64,000 bases of DNA, taken from Octopus vulgaris. Taxonomy: Eukaryota. Under the pieces are notes generated by a model. It was not told where the DNA came from, made no database searches, and saw only the letters and a list, made by a program, of their open reading frames with translations. Within the stretch, counting starts at the first letter, position 1. Every line of letters starts with the position of its first letter. The position numbers and the translations under genes are program-made. This document shows, in pieces, positions 40,044 through 53,597 of this stretch. The stretch spans positions 114,204,001 to 114,268,000 of the forward strand of contig OX597820.1 in NCBI GenBank assembly GCA_951406725.2, given 5' to 3'.

Positions 40044-41742
40044 TAGTCAATTTGGACGAGATGCAGTTTGGTTTCATGCCAGGGAAAAGCACCACTGATG
40101 CCATATTTCTGGTGAGACAGCTGCAGGAGAAATACCTAGCCAAAGATAAGCCCCTGTACCTGGCTTTCGTTGACATGGAGAAAGCCTTTGACAGGGTTCC
40201 CCGATCCCTTATCTGGTGGTCAATGAGGAAACTAGGGATAGATGAATGGCTGGTGAGGGCTGTGCAAGCCATGTACAGGGATGCCGTAAGTAAGGTAAGG
40301 GTTGGCAACATGTACACAGAAGAATTCAAAGTAGAGGTTGGGGTCCACCAGGGTTCAGTACTCAGCCCCCTCCTATTTATCATAGTCCTCCAGGCAATTA
40401 CGGAAGAATTCAAGATAAGATGCCCCTGGGAGCTCCTCTATGCTGATGACCTTGCTCTAATTGCTGAGTCGCTATCAGAACTGGAGGAGAAGTTTCAGGT
40501 GTGGAAACAAGGATTAGAATCGAAGGGCCTTAGAGTCAACCTAGCCAAAACCAAAGTACTAATAAGTAGGAAGGTAGACAATCCACAAATGTCTTCAGGA
40601 AGATGGCCCTGCTCAATCTGTAGAAAAGGTGTAGGTAGAAAGATACACCCAGTGTAAGCTATGGACACATAAGAGGTGCAGCAATGTCAAAGGAAGGCTA
40701 ACTGGGAAGATAGTTTTTGTATGTGGCAGATGCTCAGGAGCAATAATCTCTGAAAATCTGCAGAAAACAACTTCCGTCACTTTCCAGGGGGAAAAACTAG
40801 AAGTAGTTGATAGCTTCCGTTATCTAGGTGACCAAGTCAGTAGTGGGGTGTGGGTGCATTGAAAGTGTAACTGCTAGAGTAAGAATAGCCTGGGCAAAGT
40901 TTAGGGAGCTCTTACCTCTGCTGGTGACTAAAGGCCTCTCGCTCAGAGTAAAAGGCAGACTGTATGATGCATGTGTACGAACAGCCATGCTACATGGCAG
41001 TGAAACATGGGCCGTGACTGCTGAGGACATGTGTAAGCTCGCAAGGAATGAAGCCAGTATGCTCCGATGGATGTGTAATGTCAGCGTGCATACTCGACAG
41101 GGCGTTAGTACCCTGAGAGAATTGTTGGACCTAAGAAGCATCAGTTGTGGTGTGCAAGAGAGACGATTGCGCTGGTATGGTCATGTGGCGAGAATGGATG
41201 AAGATAGGTGTGTGAAAAAGTGCCAATCCCTAGCAGTTGAGGGAACCCGTGGAAGAGGTAGACCCAGGAAAACCTGGGACGAGGTGGTGAAGCACGACCT
41301 TCAAACCTTTGGAAATATGCTGTGCGTGAGAAGACCAGGCAGGACAAGTGAGTCCAGCCCACTTATGCATGCCTTCCCCCCCCCCTTGGACACACAAAGA
41401 CCTGTTGAGGCAAGCGAAGTCGATATCGAACCTCATCCGACGACAGGCACCTATGGCAACCCCCCTTGCTTGCGAAGACCTGTTGGGGCAAGTGAAATCG
41501 AAATTGAACCAATCCTATGACTAGCACCCGGCAGATGCCAGGGCCCTGGGACTGGAGGTACGTAAAAAGCACTATCCAAATTGTGGCCGATGCCAGCGCC
41601 ACCTCGACTGGCTTCCATGTCAGTGGCACGTAAAAAGCACCATCCAAATCGTAGCCGAAGCCAGCGCCGTCTCGACTGGCTTCCATAAAATGCACCAAAC
41701 CGGCCGTGGCCGGACATTAAACGATGATGATGATGATGATTG
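40044..41742 (+). mobile_element. RTE LINE copy 2, 5'-truncated, few disablements
   Basis: QFGFMPGKSTTDAIF, FVDMEKAFD, GVHQGSVLSP and YADD motifs; small deletions near 40640 and 41310; (GAT)n tail. Confidence 0.95.
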
Positions 41743-42089
41743 ATAATGATATAGATAATTTTAACATCTATTCTTCCTTGTTGATATATACTAGACAGGT
41801 TTGCAGTGCAATATATTATCAGTCGTTATGCTTTATCATAGTTTCTTTAAGACTCAGTATCCTGAGTTTCCTGCATTTTTACTGTTATCATATAAGTACC
41901 TTTAACCCACTTATCCTCCATTTTCATCATGTCAGTTCCAGCAAAAGCATTTTTCTTGCTGACATCTGGCAATATCTTTAATACCTGGTGATACTCATTT
42001 CATTTGTGCACTAGTCCTTCATTGAGGCAAATATAATATCCAGTTGATCATATTCAGCACTTTTCTCCTCCATCTCTGTACATCATCAA

Positions 42090-42598
42090 TATATCAGACA
42101 TTTGCCATACAAGAGAATACCCTCCATCAGGCATTTGCCATATTCTGAATGCCTTACTTCCCTGGGCATGGATACATTGAAACTCCGACATCTGGCAGCT
42201 GACTTGGCAGACACCCATAAAATTATTAACCATCTTACAAACAATAACTCTGAGCACCTTTTCAAACTCCACCTGTCTAACACCTGTGGTCATGTTTACA
42301 AAGTCAGAAAACAGCACAGCTCCCATGACTTTCGGAAGCATTTTTTCACGCTAAGAGTTGCTGAAGCATGGAACAAACTGTTGGCATCAGTTGTTAGTTG
42401 TTGGAGAACTGCATCCTTCAAAACTTCCATGCTTCCTGAGATTCGCCAACACTACACCTGATTTTCTCCCCCTCCATACACACGCAAGCATGTATCTGAC
42501 ACATACACTTCGCTTTCCAGACATTTGTACATTACTGCATATGCTTTATATGCACTTTTGACAAGTTGTGGTGCACCTGAGCACTGTATACAATAATT

Positions 42599-42644
<46 letters not shown>

Positions 42645-42645
42645 C
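42090..42645 (+). mobile_element. CR1-like LINE 3' end with (ATT)n tail
   Basis: LPYSECLTSLG...TCGH...RKHFFTLRVAEAWNKL is a typical CR1-group ORF2 C-terminus. Confidence 0.85.
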
Positions 42646-42879
42646 ATCATCATATGATGTCTCACTATTGTCATAGCATCCCACATTTTACTTCATGTTG
42701 TGTATCTAGATTTTTTGCCATAAATATTTGTCTGTTATATATTTTGAAGCTGCTCTTTAGTATTATGATAATAGTTGAAAGATCAACTTAGGTATGATTT
42801 AGCCAAAATTGGCTCAGGCTATATCTAACTTAATAGCACCACTTGATAGAATTTCTTAAGTCATTTTAATGTTAAGTTT

Positions 42880-43150
42880 TGTGATATCATAGCTTATTCA
42901 AGTAAGAAGCTGTTGACTAAGATGTATCCAGGTATTGGTGGTTTATCTGGAATCCTTGAAGAAGTTTGTCCAGATATAGTTTGAAGGTTATGAGATCTTT
43001 TTCTTCCATGACTTTTTTTTGAGATAATATTGACTGATATTTCTTCTTACAGAAGAAAAGTAATTGTATTGCAGCGTGATTTGTGTAGGGAGTATTTGGC
43101 ACAAGATCCCAGCTTTGGATGAATTGTAAACTTGATGTTAAGGTCATTTG
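42880..43150 (-). mobile_element. CR1-group LINE 3' fragment (different family)
   Basis: FKLYLDKLLQG then (frameshifted) IPDKPPIPGY-like terminus. Confidence 0.55.
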
Positions 43151-44846
43151 GGGGTAAGGCTGGTGATATATTCTTTACATTTATAAATTTGACATCAACT
43201 GAATTTGAACTCAGAATGTAAAGAGCCACAAGAAATACTGAGAGCAGTTTGTATGATGCTCAACAGATTCTCCCAAACCACACACTCATGAAAATTTGAC
43301 ATTGGCAGAATTTGAACTCAGAACATAAAGAACCAGAGCAAATAACGAGAGCAGTTTATATGATGCTCAGCCGATTTTGCCAAACTGCACCCTATATAGA
43401 AGATAAGTACTGATAATGTTTTACTTCCCTTTACATTCCCACTCCCAGGATCTAACTACTGTTAATCAAATAAAAAGAAATAGATGCTGATGTGGCCCTA
43501 TTGGGAACTGAACAACGATGAATCGAAGGACAAGTGGAGGTGGAATAGGTGAGTTATTAGATGACCTGCTCAGAAATCTACAGTGAAATTAGGACAAAAA
43601 CAATGGAAACTGTATGTGTGTGTGTGTGTGTGTGTATATATAATGTTAGTGTCTATGCACTTTTTGATGAAAGGTGTGCACTCATACAAAAATACTTTGT
43701 GGTGGGCCGATGAACTGTCAAGGGTATGTTTCTTTGGAATAGAATTGTCCTTTATCCACTTAACACAAAACCAGAAGTAATCTTGGAGATGATTATTCTT
43801 TCTTCAATTTAAAAAAAATTTTGTGCTTGAAATAAATGGGAGATCTCTTTAAGAGTTATTCTGACAAATATTAATTGTTTTTTCTGCAGAAGATAGCCAC
43901 CTTTCAGAATATATAAAATTGAAGATATTTCCACCAAAGAACGTGAATTACTCTTTGGCAATGTTCCTGCCTCCATCGGATGTCAGATGATAAGTTTCGC
44001 TTACAAAATACTTAATTTGAACATCAAACACAGCAATATGGAAAATATTAAAATGGTGGTGTAAGTTACAGCATTGTATTATGTCCACGGCCTGCCAATA
44101 ACATTTAACTTTAATTTGCCTTCTGCTGGCTACAGTTAACAGTAACAATCCTTTCTACTCTAGGCACGGGGCCTGAACTTTCGGTGGGAGTGGGTAAGTC
44201 AATTGCATCAACCCCAGTGCTTTATTGAGCCCGAAAGGATGAAAGACAGAGGAGAGGCTGCTAAACATTTTGCCTGGCATGCTAATGATTCTGCCAGCTC
44301 AGCACCTTAGCAGTAATAATGAAGTTAGGGCAACTCGCCAATGTAAAATGGGTACACTGTATAAATTATCTTGTAGCTATGAGCTAGCAGTAAAAGTTCA
44401 CTCTAGGAGATAGTTCCTTGGAAATTTTGTAGATGCTTAGTTAACAGAATATTGCTGTATCTATTTTCGTTATTTAAAAAAATTCCTGTAGTCCACACTC
44501 GTCTATCCGTCTCAGGGGAAATAACTCCAGTTATGCTATGAAAAAAATTTAGAAGTTTCGATTTGCTTATCAATATAGTAACAGTAAATTCGAAGACATA
44601 AGATATTTGTGTATCTAATAGAGAGTGATTACCTTGGAATAGATTATCCTGATATTAGATTTAAGTTTTAAGAAATCCTTTCATGAATCCGTTTATTTGT
44701 ACAACCTAGAAGAAAGCCAGGGCTCACACCAGTGTAGGTGCAACACGGAAGGAAAGGGACAACAGCCAAGAGAAATTGATGGCACTTGATGAGTTTGAAT
44801 TTTCACACTTTATCAGTTCCATGTTAACTGTGACTGGGCAGATTAC

Positions 44847-46140
44847 GCTAGATCTAGCATAAAATATGCTAAACTGGTAATGATTCCTCTTTCCATGAAA
44901 CTATTTCTAACCCTTTCATTACCGTATTTATTTTGAGATGCTCTGTGTTTCTTTCAATTATTTTAAATATAACAAAGAATTTAGTAAAATAACTTAGTTA
45001 TCATTCAGCTAGTGTTAGGAACATAAATTGTGACTAAGGTTTGGTGGAAGATTTTAGTTCTAAACTTATGAAAACAAGACATTTGTACTACAGAACCAGA
45101 GCCGGTTTCAGCCAGGATAAAGCATAACGCAAACCTGTCTAGTCTATATCAACAAGGAAGAACAGATGTTAAAATTATCTATATCATTATCAATCATTAT
45201 CATCATCATCATCATCGTTTAATGTCCACTTTCCATGCTAGCATGGGTTGGACGGTTTGACTGGGGTCTGGGAAGCCAGGAGGCTGCACCAGGCTCCAGT
45301 CTGATCTGGCAGTGTTTCTACAGCTGGATGCCCTTCCTAATGCCAACCACTCCGTGAGCGTAGTGGGTGCTTTTTAAAGATAATATCTAGGACTACATTA
45401 TCCAATTCTCATTTTCAAGCAAGTAGGAAGTGCTTTGGTTTTTGTTTTCAGCTATTCATGTGACAACATAGAGGCTACGTTGTTGGTTTTGAGGAAAAGA
45501 AATTTCAGAATATAATTTACATTCATAATATTTATAATATTGCAAGCTCTGATACCTCAACATTCAAGGTGGAATGTTTCTTTAAACCTTTTGAGACCAT
45601 ACTTGGTTTTATAATAAAAACTTTCTGTTCAAAGTGATCTAAATAAAAATTTTCTGTCAAAATTTCATAATTTAGGTTACTATCTAACACCAGTTGAATA
45701 ATGACATTAATTTTACAAAACTCTTTGCTACTTTAAAAATTAATTGAAGCAAAGCCCGTTTATTTCAACAGAAATATGATAATGAAAGGATTGACTGAAA
45801 ATTATACTTCTGTCCTGTTGCTTATAAATTTCAGTTTTGTGAATGTCTGCATTCACCCTTTCATTACCAACCTGGCTGAAACCGGCTCTGGTTCTGTAGT
45901 ACAAATGTCTTGTTTTCATAAGTTTAGAACTAAAATCTTCCACCAAACCTTAGTCACAATTTATGTTCCTAACACTAGCTGAATGATAACTAAGTTATTT
46001 TACTAAATTCTTTGTTATATTTAAAATAATTGAAAGAAACACAGAGCATCTCAAAATAAATACGGTAATGAAAGGGTTAGAAATAGTTTCATGGAAAGAG
46101 GAATCATTACCAGTTTAGCATATTTTATGCTAGATCTAGC
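44847..46140. repeat. 270-bp inverted duplication (44847-45116 / 45871-46140)
   Basis: Arms appear identical by eye; each covers most of a piggyBac-like MITE plus ~60 bp of flank ending in the palindrome gctagatctagc. Confidence 0.9.
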
Positions 46141-49094
46141 ATTTTTTTTCAGCATTTAGCAGAAAATTTTTGAATCTAGCATTTAGCAGGGAAAATAGCA
46201 GATTAAAAATTTTATTTAGCATTTTATTTTGGTATTTTTCTCAGCTCATTATATTTCCACAATAGTTAGCCTTTTTTCTTCTTTTTCCTCCTTTTCTACT
46301 TTTGTATCTTATTTTAGGACTATCAGCTATTGTTGAATTTTTCTTTCACTTCCTTGAAACTTCAAATGAAAGTTTATCAAGTTATGAACTTTTCCAGCCC
46401 CTCCCCTCCACCTCTGCTTGGATACAGAATGGTGTTGGTGGGGGGAGAAGATAACTCGTGTCAGCACCTGAACTCACTACACAATAATGTAAATATGTTG
46501 CAAAGAATGAAAGCATGGAAATTCATCCTAACAATGCTTTATTCTGTAGTGATGAGTTTTTACCATGACAGGTTGACTGATTTACCTTCAGTTTGACTGT
46601 TTTAAAATAGACCTGTGCTTTTTCATGCTTGTTTTGGATTATATATCTTGTATAGAAGTACAGGGGTGGCAGGGGTCTCCCCCTTTATATTTCTACTTAC
46701 TTTTTTTTTTCAAGTATTGTAGTTACATTTGTGGTTTTACCAATAGATATTAAATGTAAGATTGGAAGCAAAATCTGATGTTCCCAGGTTTATATCAGAA
46801 CACAGTTTTAGGATTTCTGCAGATTTTACTTTTCCATTTGTAAGTTGGCCACCCTGCATCCTGAATCAGTATTCTTCACCTCAAGAATTTGTAAGCAGCA
46901 AACATAAGAATTGTTAACGGCAAATGACAGAATTGTTAACGGCAAACTGATAAGTTGTGCTTTCAATTTTATATTTTTTATTAATCATTCAATTTATTTT
47001 CTTGCTTCCCACTACATTATAATGAGCAAAGAAGAAACAAAGTTGCACCAACAAAAATTCTGAAAGGAATGTCTTAAGATGCCAGCATTTACTAAGTGGT
47101 TGTGTGAAGTACCTAGTGACCAATCTAAAGCACATTGCAGATATTGTAGATGTAATATGTTGGCAAAATATTCTCTTTTAGTAAGCCACTGTGAAGCAAA
47201 GAAACATAAGGCATCGACTCCACAGCAAACGATACCTCTTACCAATTTTATTAAAACTGAATATCATAAGACATCTATGCTTGAAGCAAATTTAGCAATG
47301 CTTATTTGTTTCCACTCATCATTTAATAGCTGTGATCACTTAATAGAGTTATGTAAGAATTATATGTTTGATAGTGATATTATGTCCAAAGTGAAGTTGC
47401 ATCATACAAAATGTGCAAATATTGTGAGAAATGTTCTAGCTCCATATTTTGATGGAGATTTGATTTCTGATATAGGAGATAGAAAATTTAGCCTGTTATT
47501 AAATGAATCCAATGATATATCGATAACCAAGTTGTTAGGAATAGTTATATATTACAGTGACACTCACAAAAAAGTGGTACATACATATCTCAGTATGGTA
47601 TCTTTAGAAACGTGTAATGCAGATGGCATTGTAGATGCCTTAAAAATTGAATTAGCGAAAAAGGAATTAGATATAAAAAATTTACTGGTTATAGGAACCG
47701 ACAATGCTAGAGTAATGATAGGAGTCAACAATGGTTTTCCCAGAAATTAAAAGAAGTTCCATCATTACTTCCATTTAGATGTGTATGGCATTCTTTACAG
47801 TTGGCAGTATCCCACATTTGTGCTGGATGCCAGCCCATAAATTTAGAATTTTTAGTATCCAAAACCTATAAATGGTCCTCTCATTCTTCAACAAGACAAA
47901 GTGCCTACAAACAACTTGCTATCAATGATAAAGAGCCTTTGAAGATCGTGAATTCTTGTACAACTAGGTGGCTATCAATAGAACCAGTGGTAAATAGAAT
48001 TTTAAGCCAATGGTTTGAATTGCAAACTCACTTCCAAACTACAACAGTAGAAAAATGTTTACAGCACAAATGTTACATGAAATGTTTTGTGATTCCAGAA
48101 TTGAACTTTACCTTTTATTTTTGCATCTAATTTTAAAACATGTTCAGGAAGGGAATAAACTGTTTGAATCAAACACTTTTGACAAAACAAATTACTTGAA
48201 AATCTTTCAAATTTGATCAAATCTGTTGCTAATATGATAGTGTTGCCAACATGTAGAATTCATCCTCTTGATCCTGATGCTTCTATTGAAAAATTTCTGG
48301 ATCCTAAACAAATTTAGGCTACAGGTTCAAGAGAAAGATAGCAGAAATGATTATCAAGAAGACTGTGACAGCCAATGAAGAAAATAATAATCGCAAAAGA
48401 GCACAACAATTTTTACTCTGCCTTTATAAAGAGTTCAAGCACCGTTTGCCAGAAAATATTAATGTACTGAGGAATATCAAATGTTTTTCAGTAGAGAATA
48501 TTTTGCAGCATTTCAAAGAGCCAATTTTACTTGTCTTAGGAGCAATGCATTTAAATGAAGAAAAAGTTGCTTCAATTGAAATTCAGTTTAATAGCATTCA
48601 TTTAGTTAAATGGACAAATACGTCTAATACTGAGGCATTCTGGCTGTAAGTCTTGGAATATAAAGATGCTACTGGAGGAAATCCTTTTAGAGATGTTGCA
48701 AATTTTGCCATTAATCTATTGACATTGCCAAACTCAAATGCAGAAGTTGAACAGTTGCTCAGTAGTATGGGTGTAATCAAATCAAAATTGAAAAACAAAA
48801 TGCATCTTCCTATGCTGTCTATAAAATATGGCCTGAAAAGATATGGCAAATGTTGCAAAAACTTTGATGTTCCAAAACACATAATTGACAAGATTGGGAC
48901 CTTGAATGTATACAGAAGTCAAGACCTAGGCACTGCAGCTGTGAAATTCAAGAAATTATTTCTCAATGCTGAATGTAATTAAAGAAAGTAAATAAAAAAT
49001 AAGCTTTTTGATATAATTAGTCTTTACCATTTTTCTGGTATTTTTTTTTTACTGAAATTTAGCATAAAATTCTGATTTTAAGTTGGCAACACTG
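46105..49094 (+). mobile_element. hAT-superfamily DNA transposon relic
   Basis: Right terminus gttggcaacactg at 49082-49094; tttagca subterminal repeats at both ends; left TIR degenerate. Confidence 0.75.
47022..48982 (+). pseudogene. hAT transposase pseudogene
   Basis: BED-like AHCRYC...H....H, FSLLLNESND, GTDNA, CVWHSLQLA (CxxH), TRWLS and LTLPNSNAEVEQLLSSM (hATC-like) motifs; stops and frameshifts. Confidence 0.9.
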
Positions 49095-49570
49095 GGTATC
49101 ACTGAAATAGGTAAGTGGGTAAAAAAAAAAGTAATTTTATTGTAGCAATTTAGGGTCATGTAGTGATTGCATATTTCTGCTATGAAAATATACGAGACCT
49201 TTATGTCTCAGCTGGCCAGTGTTTTAAAGGTTCCTCTCTATGTAGACATGTCTAGTTTATGAATAGATGGCACCAGTTGAGGATGGGGTGAATGACTTTT
49301 AGGTAGGTGTGTGATCAAAAGTAGAGTAAATAGATTATTAACGTGGAGAATGAATAGTGTAGAAGTCATTATTGAAACATGGGATATCGATATTACCAAA
49401 TTTGAAAGAATGTGATGTAATGGTTAGTTCGTCATTGCAGTCAAGGGTGACTGTAATCGATGGATGTGACGATTGTTCATTCAAAGGCGAAGGCTGCAAA
49501 TCTTTAACTCAGGGGTCACCAATTTGAAATGGTCGATATTTGTTGGTTGCCAGTGTAACAGTTTGCATTA

Positions 49571-49838
49571 TCTCTATATATATAAATGGCAAAATGTCTG
49601 TGTGTGTGTCCTTTATACAAATCCACAATTTATCAGTTAGAGGTCTCGCACTTTCTATGGCCATTCAAAACCGTCCAAGGGTGGTCGTGCACATCTTTAC
49701 ATTTTCCCAGTCACCCTGCAAAGCCATGCAAAAATCAATAGAAGTGACTTTTTTGTTAATTTTTTATCCAAATCCCAATCAAAATGCCCGAAACTTGATA
49801 CGCCAATTGAATGCCAGCTAGCCGGGTCACAGTGCTAG
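49571..49838 (+). mobile_element. Non-autonomous Helitron-like element
   Basis: A|TCtctatatatataaa 5' end and GC-rich subterminal sequence followed by CTAG|T; partial inverted copy at ~50740-50875. Confidence 0.6.
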
Positions 49839-52489
49839 TTATATATAGTGAAGTTAGCAGTTAGTGATTGTAATGAGTGCTGCTGTTGGAGATATGCAAG
49901 ATGGGAGAAGAACAGTGATTGAAGTTGTAAAGAAATATTCATTTACTGTTACTTTGTATAATGCCATACCACGACGGGTCGGCTAGTGTAACAGTATAAC
50001 ATAGTTCATAAAGCATTCAAAGTAAAGAAGGTTATGTGTGTACACAATCTCATAGTAGTATATATTTATATAGAGAGAGATATGGTAATGTTGCAGAGAA
50101 AAGAAAGTGAGAGTGGTGGGATGAAACAACTGCTTCATTGGTGAGTTACCATAGTTGTCTCTTTGTGCCTTTTCCTTCAGATGTGTTTTGTTCAGCCAGT
50201 CAGCAAGACTTGGTTCTCACTAACTGACTTTGGCTTACAGAGTTCTTGCTTTTATAACTATCCAAAACCAGCCAGAAGGATAGACATATTGTTGAGAACA
50301 ATAAATTTCGTTGGAGGTCTGTTATCACTATTCTAACTTTTGGTGGCCTAGAAGAGATTAGCAGGGTCAAGTGGCAAAGACATTATTCTACTTAGCAAAG
50401 GCATCTGGCAAATTTAACTGCTGTCACTCACAGAAAAACTATTGTTTTACCATGAGAAAAGTGCTGTTAAACTGTTAAATGAAATTTGACTGTTGAGGAT
50501 CGAATCCATGCTATGCCTGCATGAAGCCATTACAGTGACTCAAAGAAAGCAACTCAGCCCAGGCTGTGGAGAGAATGGTCCAGAAAGAAACAGTTGGAGA
50601 AATGTGAGACATATATTTATATATTTTGTGAGTTATTTAGTGACCTACCTAGAGTCAGGAAAATACCCATCACACTCTATAAATTGGTTGGTGTTAGGAA
50701 GAGCATCCAGCTGTAGAAACAGTCACTTCTATTGATTTTTAATGACTTTGCGGGCGGGCTGGCTGGGGAAATGTAAAGATGTGCACAACCACCCTTGGAC
50801 AGCTTTGAATGACCATAGAAAGTGCGAGCCCTCTAACTGGACATTTTGCCGCTTATATATATAGAGAGAGAGAGATAATGCAAACTGTTACACTGGCAAC
50901 CAACAAATTGGAACTCGATACAGTCCTCTGGCTTATCCTGTTCAACTATCCAATCTATGCTGACATGGGGTGGACAGTTTGACAGGGGTGTATACATACA
51001 TGCCTGCATGCATGTTAAGAAAGTCTGAAGGGTGTCTCACTGGTCCACAAGGAGACAGAAATACCAAAGTTACACAGTTTCTTTGTGGATTACTTGAAAA
51101 TATATGCCAAACATATGCACGACATGAAAAAGTGTGTTAACCTGGTTACAAAATTCTTGAAGGATGTAAGGTTGCATTTTAAATAAGATAAATGTTGCTA
51201 TTTGGTTGTCAAAAGAGGGAAAACTGTAAACCAGACTAGCAGCATCTTCGTCAATGACTTAACTATTTTCCCTATATCTGATAAGTAATGTTACAGGTGC
51301 CTAGGAGTAAATGAAAACATATTATGATAGCACCAGTAACAAGACACGTGTCACTAAAGAATATTACAGCTGAATAAAGAAAATATGGACCTCAGAGCTC
51401 TCTGCATTCAATAAAGCAGTGACTCACATTGTGTTTGCAGTACCAGTACTCATATCAACAGATTTTCTATGGCTGGATGCCTTTCCTGTTGCCAACACTT
51501 ACTTATTTCCAAGCAAGGCAATATTCTCCCCTGGCCAGACATGTTTTGTGCAGAAGATTTGAAAGGAACAATGTTGCTTGTGGACAAACACACACACACA
51601 ATGAGCTTCTTTCAGTTTCCATCTACTAAATCCACTAGGCTTTGGTCAGCTCATGTCTATAATACACAAGGTGCTATGCAGTGGGACTGGACCCTCTGTC
51701 ACATGGTTGGGAAGCAGGCACCACACCTGTGCCACATAGTTATGGTTTGTCCACATTACTCCATAAGGAGTATAGGGTTGGTTTCCTGGTTTCTCTGGTG
51801 TATATATTCCTTCCCAGATAGGATGCTGGTCCATTGCTAGAAAACTCATTTTTGCCAGCTGAGTGGAATGGTGCTATGTAAAATGAAGTGTTTTGCTCAA
51901 GAGCACAATGCATCGCCCGATCCAGGAATTGAAACCATAATCTTACGATCATGAGTCCAATGCCCTAACCACTAAGCCATGTGCCTCCACCTGTGCCATA
52001 CACACACATACACACATATATTTACAGCCTTAGTTTTAAGGTTCTCATGTCAATGACAAAAAGAAAATAACTTATGCTTCCATAGATTGGTCAATATTCC
52101 AGTTTATAGAAGACCAAATAGGGTCAAAGGCTTTGCCATTGTTCTCAAAAGCAAGGTCTCACTGGCGTATGTTGTAGGAGGAGAAATATTTGGTAGATTT
52201 GGTTCCACAAAAACTATACATAATAAAGTTAGTGAAGTCCACTTCCCATGCTAGCATGGGTGGGATAGGCCTCAGCAAGCTAAACCTTTCAGGAGAGATG
52301 ACAAAGTCGACCTCGGCGGAATTTGAACTCACAACGTAACAGCAGACAAAATACCGCCAAGCATTTCGCCCGGCGCGCTAACGTTTCTGCCACCTCGCCG
52401 CCAAGCCGCTGAAATATTACGTTAGCGGCGGAAAATAATTATAGCATGTCTAGTCATCCATAGCTATGGTTGCTATCCAATTGCCGGTT

Positions 52490-52551
52490 CTCTTTTTTAA
52501 ACTTCCCATGCTGACATCTCCGTCGGCCGGAAAGCGATCGTTGCTCCCCAG
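52490..52551 (+). promoter_or_regulatory. Putative non-coding first exon / TSS region of zinc-finger gene B
   Basis: TCT-like ctcttttt start; ends at donor CAG|GTATGT; paralogous to 22697-22762. Confidence 0.65.
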
Positions 52552-53284
52552 GTATGTACAGTACACTTCATTCGCATATCGATCCTCATTTGTATTTATA
52601 GTCCTGTTGCATACGAATCATACACCAGTTACTCGACATATTAACTACAAAACATTTGTAACACTTCATCACGCCTTCTCAGTCGATGACAAAGTGTGGA
52701 GGTTTTTTAATTAAAAATTTTTTTTTTGTGTCTTGAGATGTGTTGACGGCCAGAGAGAAATGTTGCTGGGTGTTTGGTGTCGGTCGGTGGACAGACAGGG
52801 CGACCGCATAGTAAATCTACAAGACTTCAAGATCGACAGAGAGAAATGGTGTGACACGGTCTGGGATTTGGACAAGAGCTATTTGCATGGTCAATGTGGG
52901 TTCGAATTGTGTTGAAGTCAGTCATTTAGATACCGTGCAGATTTTAATTAATCACCCACCCTTTTTTCTCACCTATCGTAGAGCCTTTAACGTAAATATG
53001 TGTTGGATTACTCTAATCCTCGCATAGAAACCTCACTTAATCCCCTAATGTTTGTTTTGGCATATGGTCACCCTCTCGCTATAGAATATATTATCAACGA
53101 CCTTTCCCCATTTTCATATTCTTACCCTGTCTGCCGTCTGTTTCTCTGATCTGAGCAGTGTCATTAAATATTGCTTATGTTGTTGTTGTTGGTCTGATCG
53201 TTGTTGGTGTTTCAAGCCCTAAGCCAGTCCTGAGCAATGGTCATCCTGTCTTATTTTCGGACATAGCGCATGTAGATTGCTAAT

Positions 53285-53585
53285 GCTGTTGTTGTTGTTG
53301 TTGGTGATGATGATGATGATGGTGGTGGTGAGGATTAAATATTGGGCGTTCCTCTTACAAGCGTCAATGTTACTATGTTACTGATACGTTGGTTATAATA
53401 GTGATGGTGATGGTGATGGTGGTGTAGTGGTGGTGGTGATAGTGGTGATTATAATGATGATTGTGATGGTGGTGGTGGTGGTGCCGCTGCTAGTAATGAT
53501 ATTGGTGGTGGAGATTGTTATCGTCAAACAATTGGATGTAATTGTAGTGATGATAGTGGACTGAAAAGCCTATTATTAGTAGTAG
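53285..53585. repeat. (GTT)/(GAT)/(GGT)n low-complexity tract
   Basis: Direct inspection. Confidence 0.8.
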
Positions 53586-53597
53586 TCTTAGAAGTAA

